Below are positions 25,098 through 34,737 of a DNA stretch of 64,000 nt, piece after piece. A program made the translations under genes and the position numbers. The notes under the pieces were generated by a model, which saw only the letters and a list, made by a program, of their open reading frames with translations, ran no database searches and had not been told where the DNA came from. Positions within the stretch are counted from its first letter, which is position 1. Each line of letters opens with the position of its first letter. Source of the DNA: Phycisphaerae bacterium (lineage in GTDB: Bacteria > Planctomycetota > Phycisphaerae > UBA1845 > Fen-1342). The stretch spans positions 30,462 to 94,461 of the forward strand of contig JASFQK010000025.1 of NCBI GenBank assembly GCA_050115495.1, in the 5' to 3' direction.

Positions 25098-26086
25098 CTG
25101 CCGCCTCTCTGCTGGCGCTCGAACTCGTCGCGCATGCGAATGAGGTCCTCGATGGTGTACTCCGGCTCGCCGCCGGACTGCCCCTGCCCGCCGCCGCGGG
25201 CCGCGCCGGGACGCCCCTGTCCGCCGGCCGTGCCGCCGCCGCGCGTTCCTGACCGACCGCCTCGGCCGGCAGCGCCGCCCGCCACCGCCCCCTGGCCACC
25301 GCGACCGCCCTGGCCGCCACGACCACCGGGACCGCCGCCGCGCCCGATGTCCTGGAGGAACTGCCCGGTGATGTTGTCGCCCGAGCCTTCGTCCATGTCA
25401 TTGACCATGCCCGTGATCTGTTCCTGGAGCGCGGCCAGGTCACCCATGCCACCGCCCTCGGCCCCGCCGAACTGCTGGAACAGCGGCAGGAGCGACGGCG
25501 CCATCTCCAGCAGCCCCGCCAACAGCTCCGGATTCTCCGTAAGCAGCGCGACCAGTTGCTGCGGATCGACGTTCGTCGGATCGAAGTCGGCCAGCGGCAG
25601 CAGCGCCTCGAACTCGGCCAGTTGCTCCTCGCCGACGCCGAAGTCCTCCACCAGGTTGATCCGCCCCGGCACCGCCTTCAGCAGGGCGACGCGGCGGACG
25701 AGCGAGCCGCCCTCCCGCGTTCCGTGCTGGTTCGGATCCTCCTGGTAATACACCTCGACCGTCACCAGCCCGAGCCCCGTCGCGTCCACGATGGGCTCCG
25801 ACTCGATGCGCCAGTACCAGCCCGGGTACTGATCGCCGAAGTCGCCGTCGGTCTCTTCCTCGACCTGAAGCATCTCCTGGACCTCGGGATCGAGCTCGAC
25901 CAGGGCCAGCAGCCGGTCGACGAACGCCGTCCCGCGGGTCGTGCGATCCATCGCCGCCGTCATGCGCAGCCCGCCGACGAGCTGTGCCCCGAGCACGCCC
26001 ATCGCCGCCACCATGATCGTGAGGGCCACCACTACTTCGAGGAGCAGTGCGGCCCTCCGCCGATCGACACCGATCTGACCGGTCAT
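25094..26086 (-). CDS. Minor pseudopilin (GspI-like) with long acidic and Gly/Arg-rich C-terminal extension
   Basis: RRRAALLLEVVVAL prepilin motif; GDFGD.YPGWYWRI; ATGA overlaps on both sides. Confidence 0.78.
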   Translation of the reverse strand: MTGQIGVDRRRAALLLEVVVALTIMVAAMGVLGAQLVGGLRMTAAMDRTTRGTAFVDRLLALVELDPEVQEMLQVEEETDGDFGDQYPGWYWRIESEPIVDATGLGLVTVEVYYQEDPNQHGTREGGSLVRRVALLKAVPGRINLVEDFGVGEEQLAEFEALLPLADFDPTNVDPQQLVALLTENPELLAGLLEMAPSLLPLFQQFGGAEGGGMGDLAALQEQITGMVNDMDEGSGDNITGQFLQDIGRGGGPGGRGGQGGRGGQGAVAGGAAGRGGRSGTRGGGTAGGQGRPGAARGGGQGQSGGEPEYTIEDLIRMRDEFERQQRGGR

Positions 26087-26781
26087 TGCCATGGCCCGCC
26101 CTCCAGCTCTTCCCAATCGTCCCAGGCGTCGTAGTCCGCGTTCGGGTCGTCCCACGGCTCCGGACGTTCCACCGACTCCGGGTCCAGCGGCTCGACCGGC
26201 ACCACGCTGATCCGCCCCAGCCGACCGTCCAGCGTCATCTCCACGCCCCGGCCCTGCTGCTCGCGCAGGACCCAGCGCAGCGACGTGCTCGTCCCGTCCG
26301 GGCGAAACTCGATCAGCACGGGCCCGTCGTACTCCTCCATCGGGATCGGCTCGAGCTCCAGGTCGTAGTCGTACCCGCGATCCTCGTACTCGACCACCTC
26401 GTCATCCAGGAGCACCGGCGGCGGCCCTTCCGGCAGCGGCGTCACCGACTCGACCCACACCGAGTCCAGCAGGATCGCCAGCCGCACCCAGTCGCTGCGC
26501 ACGCGTCCGTAGAGCTGCGGCGCCCGGATCGGGTGCACCTGCTGCTCGACCTTCAGCGTGCCGTCCGGATGGATCGCCACGCGGTACATCCGCGACTGGT
26601 TCATGGCCTCCGCCCGGCACATGGCCACCAGCGAACGCATGCGGCCCGTGGACTCGTCGAGCTGCCGGCTGCGGCTGACCGAATCAAAGTTCGGCCAGAG
26701 CACCATCGCCAGGACCGCCAGCAGGCTGATCACCAGCAGCAGTTCGACGAGCGTGAAGCCTTGCCGCATGCCTCTGGCCAC
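26083..26781 (-). CDS. Minor pseudopilin (GspH/FimT-like)
   Basis: QGFTLVELLLVISLLAVLA, CRAEA, IEFRPDGTS; AAGGAG RBS. Confidence 0.85.
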   Translation of the reverse strand: MARGMRQGFTLVELLLVISLLAVLAMVLWPNFDSVSRSRQLDESTGRMRSLVAMCRAEAMNQSRMYRVAIHPDGTLKVEQQVHPIRAPQLYGRVRSDWVRLAILLDSVWVESVTPLPEGPPPVLLDDEVVEYEDRGYDYDLELEPIPMEEYDGPVLIEFRPDGTSTSLRWVLREQQGRGVEMTLDGRLGRISVVPVEPLDPESVERPEPWDDPNADYDAWDDWEELEGGPWQ

Positions 26782-26871
26782 GATGGCTCCTTGTGCCGAA
26801 TGACGCCGGACCCCGGCGCCGTGCCGGGGTCCTCCGCGCCGGCGATGCCGGTCTGCGCCGGCTCGCCGGCG

Positions 26872-27327
26872 TTACTCTTCCGTCCAGTTCTTGATGTCGT
26901 CTTCGGTGCCGGACTCGCGGTCGGGGCCGGCGCTGGAGAGGTCGTAGCTGTTTTCGTTGTACGTGCCGGGGCACTCATAGATATAGTCGATGCCCCAGGA
27001 GTCCTTCAGATCGTCGGCCTTCTTGACGTACGGGCCGTGCCACTTCTTGGCTTCCTCGTCGTCATCCGGCTGCTCGTACAGAGCCATCAGCCCGCCGTCG
27101 TCCTCGCGGGGGTAACGACCCATGTCGACCTTGTACAGGTCGAGGGCGCCGTTCAGCCCACGGTCCACCGTGGACTGCACGAGACTGACCTGGGCGGCCT
27201 CGCGCCTCCCAAACAGGTTGGGCACCACGAACGCCGCCAGCAGCCCGATGATGGCCACGACCATCAGCACTTCCAGCAGCGTGAACGCCCGACGAATTCG
27301 CCTCACCCGCTTCTGCCTGCTCATCAT
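26872..27327 (-). CDS. gspG: Major pseudopilin GspG
   Basis: RAFTLLEVLMVVAIIGLLAAFVVPNL, ALDLYKVDMGRYP, WHGPY, DSWG, SAGPD..GTEDDI.NW. Confidence 0.95.
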   Translation of the reverse strand: MMSRQKRVRRIRRAFTLLEVLMVVAIIGLLAAFVVPNLFGRREAAQVSLVQSTVDRGLNGALDLYKVDMGRYPREDDGGLMALYEQPDDDEEAKKWHGPYVKKADDLKDSWGIDYIYECPGTYNENSYDLSSAGPDRESGTEDDIKNWTEE

Positions 27328-27354
27328 GTTCTCTCCTGCTGGGCCACGCCTCGC

Positions 27355-28563
27355 CTACTGCTTCAACTGCGATGTCGCCATCAGCAGGATGGGCAGCAAC
27401 AGGGCGATGGCAATGAAACCGATCATCACACCCATGAGTAACAACATCAGCGGCTCGAGCAGCCGCACCACGAAATCGATCTGCTGCGACGTGCGCTGTT
27501 CCTGCGTCTCGGCGATCTCGACCAACACCTTGTCGAGCGTGTTGCTCTCCTCGGCGACCGAGATCATGTCCACGATCACCGGCGGGAAGACCTTGCTCGC
27601 CGCCAGCGGTGCCGCCAGCGGCTCGCCGTGCCGCACGTTCTCCGCGGCCCGGTCCACCACCTCGGCCAGGATCGGGTTGCCCGTCGAGTCCTTGGCGATC
27701 TTCAGTGATTGCAGAATCGGAATCCCGTTCGCCAGCAGCGTGCCGAACACCCGGCAGAACCGGCACAGGGACACCATCGTGTACACGCGACCGAAGCCCG
27801 GCGCCCGCAGCTTCACCCGCGCCATGATCGCCTGCCCCATCGCGCTCCGCAGGTAGGCCACGACCGCGCCGACGACCACCACCGCCGCACCCAGGATCAC
27901 CAGGTAGTGCTGACGCAGCGCGTCGCTGACCCCGAACACCACCCTCGTCGCCCAGGGCAGGGTCTGCCCCTCGAGCACGCCGCGCATCCCGGGCACCACG
28001 AAGGTCATGATGAACACGACCGCTCCGATCGCGCCCAGCAGCAGCACGCACGGATAGATCATCGCGCCGATGAACTTGTTCCGCAGCATGTCCTGCCGGT
28101 GCACGAACTCGGCCAGTCGCGAGAGCACGTCCTCGAGGAAGCCGCCCTTCTCGCCGGCGCGGATCATCGACGCGTGCAGTTCGGGGAAGGCGTGCGGGTG
28201 ACGCGCCATGGCGTCCGCCAGCGAGTCACCGCCCGACACATCCTCTCGCAACTCGCGCAGGACGCGCGACAGCGCCGGCGACGCGCTCTGCTCGCACAGC
28301 ACGCTCAGCGCCCGCAGCATCGGCACGCCGGCCCGCAGCAGGTCGGCCAGTTGCTCGTACATCAGACCGATCTTCGCCAGCTTCACCCGCCGCGCCCGGC
28401 CGGTCAGCAACGATCGATCCGCCGTCTGCACTTCGTCGACCGCCACCGGCATCAGCGAACGGTCGCCCAGCAAACGGGTGGCGGCAGCCACCGTGTCGGC
28501 GACGAGGGTGCCTCGCGTCTCCTGTCCGGATAGGTCTCGGGCTCGATAACTGAACGTCGGCAT
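27355..28563 (-). CDS. gspF: Type II secretion system F family protein (GspF/PilC)
   Basis: MPTFSYRA, QLADLLRAGVP, AGEKGGFL, AMIYP, GTLLANGIPIL, LEP. Confidence 0.95.
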   Translation of the reverse strand: MPTFSYRARDLSGQETRGTLVADTVAAATRLLGDRSLMPVAVDEVQTADRSLLTGRARRVKLAKIGLMYEQLADLLRAGVPMLRALSVLCEQSASPALSRVLRELREDVSGGDSLADAMARHPHAFPELHASMIRAGEKGGFLEDVLSRLAEFVHRQDMLRNKFIGAMIYPCVLLLGAIGAVVFIMTFVVPGMRGVLEGQTLPWATRVVFGVSDALRQHYLVILGAAVVVVGAVVAYLRSAMGQAIMARVKLRAPGFGRVYTMVSLCRFCRVFGTLLANGIPILQSLKIAKDSTGNPILAEVVDRAAENVRHGEPLAAPLAASKVFPPVIVDMISVAEESNTLDKVLVEIAETQEQRTSQQIDFVVRLLEPLMLLLMGVMIGFIAIALLLPILLMATSQLKQ

Positions 28564-28864
28564 CGGCCTGCCTGGCTCCTGGGGCCGCCCCTACGGGCCC
28601 AATAACTATATACTCCCGCCGCACTTTATACCCATCGGCCGGCCCGTGGGTTGCACTGGCCCTCTCTGGTCGCCGTCTATCGGCCCGTACACGCTCCCGG
28701 CCGCCCGGCCGCGGCCGTCCACCAATGGTCCACTCGCCCCCGCCGGAACGCTTGTGCTTCCCGGCGAGGCGGCTAGATTATGGCCCAGAATCGCACCCGT
28801 GAGAAGCTGGCCCGACCCGAAGTCCTTATCGGCCGTCCAGCTTACCGTACAAGGAATATCCGTG

Positions 28865-30181
28865 ATGGAGCACATGCAAGACGCCCCTTCCTCCGAGGTC
28901 GGAACCTGGGAGGAGCTCGGCCTCAGTGCCGAATTGCTGGCCGCGGTCGGCGACGCCGGCTTCAAGGCCCCCTCCGACATCCAGTGGGCCCTCATCCCCC
29001 CGGCCCTGGCCGGCCGCGACTGTCTCGGTCAGGCCAAGACCGGCACCGGCAAGACGGCCGCCTTCGCCATCCCCATCCTCCAGATGGTGACGCCCCGGCA
29101 GCCCGTGCAGGCCCTGGTCCTCGTCCCCACGCGCGAGCTCGCCGCCCAGGTCGATGAGCACGTCCGCACGCTCGCCGGCCGCCGCAAGTTTCGGACGGCC
29201 CTCGTCTACGGCGGGCAGCGCATCCAGACGCAGATCCGCCAGCTCAAGGCCGGCGCGGAGATCGTCATCGGAACGCCCGGTCGCATCCTCGATCTCATGC
29301 ACCGCAGGGAGCTGGACATCGCGAACGTTCGCTTCGCCGTGCTCGACGAGGTGGACCGGATGCTCGACATCGGCTTCCGCGACGACATCCGCCGAATCCT
29401 CCGGGCGATCAAGGCGCCGCATCAGACGCTCTTCGTCTCGGCGACGATCACCGAGGACATCCGCCGGCTGGCCAAGTCGTACATGGAGAACCCCCTCGAA
29501 CTGAACGTCTCGCAGGACGACCACCTCACCGTCGAGACGATCGACCAGGCATACGTCACCGTCGATCCGCGCGACAAGGCCCAGACGCTGATCGGCTTCC
29601 TCCAGCACGAGAAGCCGAAGCTGGCCATCGTCTTCACCAACACGAAGCACGCCGCCCGCCGCACGGCCGAGCGTCTGAAGATGGCCGGCATCAACTGCAA
29701 GGAGATCCACGGTGATCTGATGCAGTCCCGTCGCGAGCGCGTGATGAAGAGCTTCCGCAGCGCGAAGATCCAGGTGCTGGTGGCCACCGACCTCGCCTCG
29801 CGCGGCCTCGACGTGATGGAGGTCTCGCACATCGTCAACTACGATGTGCCCGCCGACGCGGCGGCGTACGTCCACCGCATCGGTCGCACCGCCCGCATGG
29901 GCAAGCAGGGCTACGCCATCACCTTCGTCCGCCCGGACGAGGGCAATTTCCTGACCGAGATCGAGAAGCTGATCAACAAGGAGCTGCGTAAGCTCGACGC
30001 GCCCTGGATCGTGCCGCTGGCCCCGCAGCCGGTTGCACCGCCGGCGGCCGACGACGAGGAGCAGCGCTCGACCCGGTTCGCGGAGACGTTGCGTCGCTGC
30101 CGCGTGCTGGACGCGCACGGCGTCCAGCCGGTCCCGCGCACGCTGGGCAGCCGTTTCCGCAGCAGCCGACGACGACGCTGA
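28865..30181 (+). CDS. DEAD/DExD-box RNA helicase
   Basis: Q motif FKAPSDIQ, AKTGTGKT, PTRELA, TPGR, DEVD, SAT, SRGLD, HRIGRTAR; AAGGA RBS. Confidence 0.95.
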   Translation: MEHMQDAPSSEVGTWEELGLSAELLAAVGDAGFKAPSDIQWALIPPALAGRDCLGQAKTGTGKTAAFAIPILQMVTPRQPVQALVLVPTRELAAQVDEHVRTLAGRRKFRTALVYGGQRIQTQIRQLKAGAEIVIGTPGRILDLMHRRELDIANVRFAVLDEVDRMLDIGFRDDIRRILRAIKAPHQTLFVSATITEDIRRLAKSYMENPLELNVSQDDHLTVETIDQAYVTVDPRDKAQTLIGFLQHEKPKLAIVFTNTKHAARRTAERLKMAGINCKEIHGDLMQSRRERVMKSFRSAKIQVLVATDLASRGLDVMEVSHIVNYDVPADAAAYVHRIGRTARMGKQGYAITFVRPDEGNFLTEIEKLINKELRKLDAPWIVPLAPQPVAPPAADDEEQRSTRFAETLRRCRVLDAHGVQPVPRTLGSRFRSSRRRR

Positions 30182-30196
30182 GAGAAAGGCCGTATT

Positions 30197-30319
30197 CCCC
30201 TCGGGTGGGTCGGGCGTCCCGCCCGACATTCGTTGGTCTCAAGGCAAGATTGGCGGGCGAGACGCCCGCCCCACCCGGGGTTGAGGATTGTCTCACAGGC
30301 TCAGACGCCCGCTCCACCC
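30197..30319. repeat. REP-like inverted repeat pair plus a partial third copy between convergent genes
   Basis: GGGTGGGTCGGGCGTCCCGCCCGACA vs TGGCGGGCGAGACGCCCGCCCCACCC (near reverse complements); partial AGACGCCCGCTCCACCC at 30303. Confidence 0.8.
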
Positions 30320-30378
30320 AGAGTGGGGGTTGTCACACGTGCCCTCTCGCCTGCCCCTCGCGCAACATCTGCGCGACG

Positions 30379-30816
30379 TTACGCCTCTGGTTCGGCACCG
30401 CCCTCGGGGGCGTTGGGCCGCTGGATCACCTGGAACCGCCGACGGCCAAGCAGCTCGCTCGCGCACAGCACCTCGAACGCATACTGCCCCGGGGCGGTGA
30501 TCCGCGTGCCGCGCATCGTGAACACCAAGTCCACGATCGCCAGCGGCGACGGCGCAGCGATCGGCCCGTGCGTGTGGAACAGCACCTGGTTGTCCGCATC
30601 GCGCACCAGCCGCAACTCGAGCTCGATCCGTGACTCGATTTCCGTCAGGCTGGCCAGCACGACCATCTGGTTGATCGTCGCCGGCATCTTCGGCACCAGG
30701 ATCGCGTTGAACAGCCCGATCGCGCTCTTCTTGCTGGTGATCTTGTCGTCGATCACCTGATCGCAGATCAGCAGGGATACGAGCGTCGGCGGGGCGATCG
30801 GGGCACGTTCATCCAT
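30379..30816 (-). CDS. Conserved hypothetical beta-rich protein (DUF6941-like)
   Basis: SLLICDQVI.D..T.KKSAIGLFN ... PGQYAFEV; AAGGAGG RBS. Confidence 0.7.
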   Translation of the reverse strand: MDERAPIAPPTLVSLLICDQVIDDKITSKKSAIGLFNAILVPKMPATINQMVVLASLTEIESRIELELRLVRDADNQVLFHTHGPIAAPSPLAIVDLVFTMRGTRITAPGQYAFEVLCASELLGRRRFQVIQRPNAPEGGAEPEA

Positions 30817-30904
30817 ACCAGCCTCCTTGTCCTGTGCCCTATGATACTGCGGAGCGCGCCGGGACGCGCGGCCTTGCCCACCCGGCCGTATGGAGGACGA
30901 TGCG

Positions 30905-31978
30905 ATGCCGTACCGCTGTCGGTTGCTTTGCTGTCTGTTGCCCGTCGTCGCTACCTGGCCCGCCCTCATCGGCTGCAACAGCAGCGCGCTGTACATCATC
31001 CAGCAGGGCTACGGCCAAGTCATGATCGTCACCCACACGGTGAGCATCGACGACGCCCTCGCCGGCGATACGCTCACCGCCGAGCAGCAGCGCAAGCTCA
31101 CGCTCGTGACCGAGGCCCGCGACTTCGCCCGCGACGTCCTCGGGCTCAGCGTCGGCGACAGCTTCCAGGACTACCACGACACCGGCGGCGAGCCCGTCGC
31201 CTGGAACCTGTCGTCCGCCCGCCGCGACGCCCTCGTCTCGCGCGAGTGGTGGTTCCCGATCATCGGCGACATCGCCTACCTCGGCTTCTTCTCGCGTGAC
31301 GACGCCGACCGCGCCGCGGAGCGCCTCGCCGACGCCGGCGAGGACACGTACATCTACGGCGTCGACGCCTACAGCACGCTCGGCTGGTTCCCCGACCCGG
31401 TGCACACACCGTTCCTGAACCGCAGCGACGGCTCGGTGGTCGAAACGGTCATCCACGAGCTCGCCCACAACACGATCTACGCCCCCGGCCAGAGCACGTT
31501 CAACGAAAGCCTGGCCACGTACATCGGCCGCCTCGGCGTGCAGCTCTTCTACGCTCAACAGGGCGACGCCGGCCAGGAGATCGTTACCGCCCTCGAGCGC
31601 ACCTACGGCGACCAGGAGAAGATCACAGCCTGGATGACGCAGTTCGAGACCGACCTGCGGGCGTACTACGCGAGTGACCTGTCGTCCGAGGAAAAGATCG
31701 CCGGCCGTGAAGCCGTCTTCCAGGCCGCCCGCGACCGCTTCGTCGACGAGGTCCAGCCGCAACTGGCCGAACCGCAGCGCTACGCCGGCTGGGCCAACCT
31801 GCCGACCAATAACGCCTACGTCCTGCTCCACCGGCGATATCACCTGGATCTCGACGTCTTCGCCGATCGCTATGCGGGCTGCGATGGAGACTTCGCCGCC
31901 TTCCTGAACGTGCTGCGTCAGGCGGCGGCGGCCGACGACCCCTTCGCCGCCCTCCGCGAAGGCGCGGGTTCACCATAA
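30905..31978 (+). CDS. Predicted zinc aminopeptidase lipoprotein
   Basis: Lipobox LIGC; WWFPIIG...YLGFF, AYSTLGWF.DP, HELAH..., FNESLA zincin motif; GGAGG RBS. Confidence 0.88.
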   Translation: MPYRCRLLCCLLPVVATWPALIGCNSSALYIIQQGYGQVMIVTHTVSIDDALAGDTLTAEQQRKLTLVTEARDFARDVLGLSVGDSFQDYHDTGGEPVAWNLSSARRDALVSREWWFPIIGDIAYLGFFSRDDADRAAERLADAGEDTYIYGVDAYSTLGWFPDPVHTPFLNRSDGSVVETVIHELAHNTIYAPGQSTFNESLATYIGRLGVQLFYAQQGDAGQEIVTALERTYGDQEKITAWMTQFETDLRAYYASDLSSEEKIAGREAVFQAARDRFVDEVQPQLAEPQRYAGWANLPTNNAYVLLHRRYHLDLDVFADRYAGCDGDFAAFLNVLRQAAAADDPFAALREGAGSP

Positions 31979-32055
31979 GGGCGGCGAGGCATAAAATCCG
32001 ACCGGAACGGGGACGGCCGACCGTCCACATGGAGTAAACACCGGAGGTATCCCGC

Positions 32056-33834
32056 GTGCGTCCGCGAACCGCTGGCCCAGGACTGGCACTTTCGCTCGCC
32101 CTCCTGCTCTGCGCCCTCGCGGCGCCAGCCGGCCACGCTCAACCCACCGTCTCCCTCGCGGTGGACAGCACCGACGCCTTCATCAACGAGCCTGTGACTG
32201 TCCTGCTCCGCATCTCGGATTTCGAAACCGCTGAACCGCCCATCTTCCCCGAGATTCCCAACGCGACGGTGAGCGGGCCGCAGGGGCCGATGGACTCATC
32301 GTTCACACTGGGCCTGAACAGGCGCAAGACCGTCTCGCGCACCCGTAGCTACACCTACGAGGTCACGCCGCAGGCCGCGGGCGAGCTGGTCATTCCGCCC
32401 GTGCAGGTCAAGGTCGACGGCCGCGTGCTCGAGACCGAGCCGGTGCACCTCCAGGTGCGCTCCAGCGACGCCGACGAGCTCATCTCCGTCGAGATCTCCT
32501 GCGACCGCCAGCGTCTCTACGTCGGCCAGCGCATCCGCGTCATCATGACCATCTGGATCAAGCCGTTCGTCTGGCGCAACCAGCCGCTCGGCGTGGACGA
32601 CATGACCCGCTTGTTCGATCCCCGCGGCATGAACCTCGGCCCTTTCCCCGCCAACGTCAGCCACGACATCCGCCGCCTCGACGACGCCCAGGGCAACAGC
32701 CAGATTTACTACACGTACACGACCTCCGTCGATTACGTGCCGACGGTGCCCGGGACGCTGTCCTTCGACGACGTCGTCATCGGCTATCAGTATCCGACGC
32801 AGCTTGCCCGAGGTATCTTCGGACGCCTCGAAGTCCAGGCCGTCCGCCGCCTACGGGTCCGCCCCAAGGTCCAGCAGATCGAGGTCCTTCCCCTGCCCAC
32901 GGGCGGCCGGCCCGACAACTTCACCGGCGCCGTCGGCACCTTCGGCATCACCGCCTCCGCCGAGCCCACCACCGTCCGCGTCGGCGACCCGATCACGCTC
33001 ACCGTCCAGATCCGCGGCTCCGGCGATCTCGACACGCTACCGCCCCCCAACCTCAGCGCCGACCCCCGGCTCACCCAGTCCTTCCGCGTGCCCCGCGAGG
33101 AGCTCGCCGGCGAAGTCGTCGGCAGCTTCAAGCGCTTCACGCAAGTCATCCGCGCCACGCGCGCCGACGTCGAGGAAATCCCCGCCATCGAGTATCCCTA
33201 CTTCGACCCCGACCGCGGCATGTACGTCGTCGCCCTCAGCGCGCCGATCCCCGTCGCCGTCCTGCCCGCTGTCGAGCTCAGCACCGAGAGCCTCATCACT
33301 CCCTCCAAAGTCTCCGGCAAGGCGGGCGGCGGCGAGCTGCGCGCCCTCGACGGCCTTCGCGGCGATGAGACCCGCGAGAGCGTGCTGCTCCAGCCGGTGG
33401 CCGGCGTCTCCGTCCGCGACCTGGCTCTCGTCACCGCCGCCCCGCCGGGCGTCTTCGCCCTCGCCTGCGTCGCGACGCTCTACACGCAGTCGCGCAGCCC
33501 CGCGCAGCGCCGCCGACAGAAGGCCCTGCGTCGCGCACAGCGGCGCCTTGCACAGGCCGGCCGCCTGGACGCCCGCACGGCCGCCGTCGAAATCTCCGCC
33601 GCCCTGAGCGGCTATCTCGCCGACCGTCTCGACGAGCCGCCCGCCCGCCTCATCGGTCGCGCCGCGGTCGACACGCTCGCCGAGCACCACGTCGCCGCCG
33701 AAACGTGCACACGCTGGGCCGCGCTGCTCGAGCAGTGCGAGCTCGCCTCGTTCGGCGGAACCGACGCCAACACGGCCGCCCTCGTCACCGAAGCGCAGGC
33801 CAACCTGCGAGCCCTGGCTCAGGAGCGGCTGTGA
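32056..33834 (+). CDS. batD: BatD family protein
   Basis: Signal peptide, Ig-like repeats, F.GAVG.F, VGDPITLTV.I.G.G, YPYFDP, C-terminal TM plus helical domain. Confidence 0.82.
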   Translation: MRPRTAGPGLALSLALLLCALAAPAGHAQPTVSLAVDSTDAFINEPVTVLLRISDFETAEPPIFPEIPNATVSGPQGPMDSSFTLGLNRRKTVSRTRSYTYEVTPQAAGELVIPPVQVKVDGRVLETEPVHLQVRSSDADELISVEISCDRQRLYVGQRIRVIMTIWIKPFVWRNQPLGVDDMTRLFDPRGMNLGPFPANVSHDIRRLDDAQGNSQIYYTYTTSVDYVPTVPGTLSFDDVVIGYQYPTQLARGIFGRLEVQAVRRLRVRPKVQQIEVLPLPTGGRPDNFTGAVGTFGITASAEPTTVRVGDPITLTVQIRGSGDLDTLPPPNLSADPRLTQSFRVPREELAGEVVGSFKRFTQVIRATRADVEEIPAIEYPYFDPDRGMYVVALSAPIPVAVLPAVELSTESLITPSKVSGKAGGGELRALDGLRGDETRESVLLQPVAGVSVRDLALVTAAPPGVFALACVATLYTQSRSPAQRRRQKALRRAQRRLAQAGRLDARTAAVEISAALSGYLADRLDEPPARLIGRAAVDTLAEHHVAAETCTRWAALLEQCELASFGGTDANTAALVTEAQANLRALAQERL

Positions 33835-34640
33835 TGCGCGTGCGGCTGGCCGCTTTGCTCCTGGTCCTGTTCAGCGCCACCCTCGGCCGCGCCGCCGGCA
33901 TCACGCCCGAGCGCCAGCGCGAGATTCTGCGCGAAGCGCTCCAGGCGCTCGATCAGGCAGTCGCCGTCACCCGTGACAACCCGGCCGCCGCCGAGCAGCA
34001 GTATCGCCAGGCCGCAGCCTGTTTCGAGACGCTCGCCGCGGCGGGGCTGGGCAACGCCGCCATCGAGTTCAACCTCGGCAACACGTACTTCCGGCTGGGC
34101 CAGTCGGGCAAGGCGATCCTGCACTACCGGCGGGCCGCCCGGCTCGATCCCGCCAACAGCCAGCTCCTGGCCAACCTGGCCTTCGCCCGCCGACAGGTCG
34201 AGCCGCAGATCGAGCCCACCGGTCAGCGCCGCCTGTGGCGTCAGCTCATGTTCTGGCACTATGCGACGTCGCCCGTCGCCCGCTTTCGCGCTGCCGCCGG
34301 CGCGTCGATCCTCGGCTGGCTGCTGCTCGTGTGCTGGCTGCGCTGGCGCATGCGCCCGCTGGCCGTGACCGGCGCCGTGGCCGTCGGGATCGGGCTCATC
34401 TGCGCCGCGTCCGTCGCCTGGCAGCTCCATGACGAATCGCACACCCCACCCGCCGTCATCGTGGGCACCGAGCAGACCCTGCGTCTCGGCCGCGGCGAGA
34501 CGTACGAACCGGCACTGCGTCAGCCCCTCGGGGCCGGCGTCGAGGTGCGCATCCTCCAGCAGCGTGCCGGCTGGGCCGAGGTCCGCCTCACCAACGATCA
34601 GACCGGCTGGCTGCCGGCCACGTCGCTCGAACGCATCTGA
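33834..34640 (+). CDS. BatE-like TPR + SH3 protein
   Basis: FNLGNTYFRLG..GKAILHYRRA, two TM segments, GVEVRIL...GWAEVRL...TGWL. Confidence 0.8.
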   Translation: MRVRLAALLLVLFSATLGRAAGITPERQREILREALQALDQAVAVTRDNPAAAEQQYRQAAACFETLAAAGLGNAAIEFNLGNTYFRLGQSGKAILHYRRAARLDPANSQLLANLAFARRQVEPQIEPTGQRRLWRQLMFWHYATSPVARFRAAAGASILGWLLLVCWLRWRMRPLAVTGAVAVGIGLICAASVAWQLHDESHTPPAVIVGTEQTLRLGRGETYEPALRQPLGAGVEVRILQQRAGWAEVRLTNDQTGWLPATSLERI

Positions 34641-34658
34641 CGGCGCGGCCGGCGACGT

Positions 34659-34687
34659 TAGACACACGCGCACACGCCGCCTATCAT
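34659..34687 (+). promoter_or_regulatory. Sigma70-like promoter for the APC/USP transporter
   Basis: TAGACA-N17-TATCAT. Confidence 0.55.
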
Positions 34688-34737
34688 GCCCGCACTGTCA
34701 GCGCGGTTTATCCCTCCGAAAGTGAGGCTTCCCGCCC

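Noticed and set aside
32056..34640. batD/batE without batA/B/moxR as a novel system
   Set aside because: Split bat operons are plausible and nothing else in the sequence is unusual
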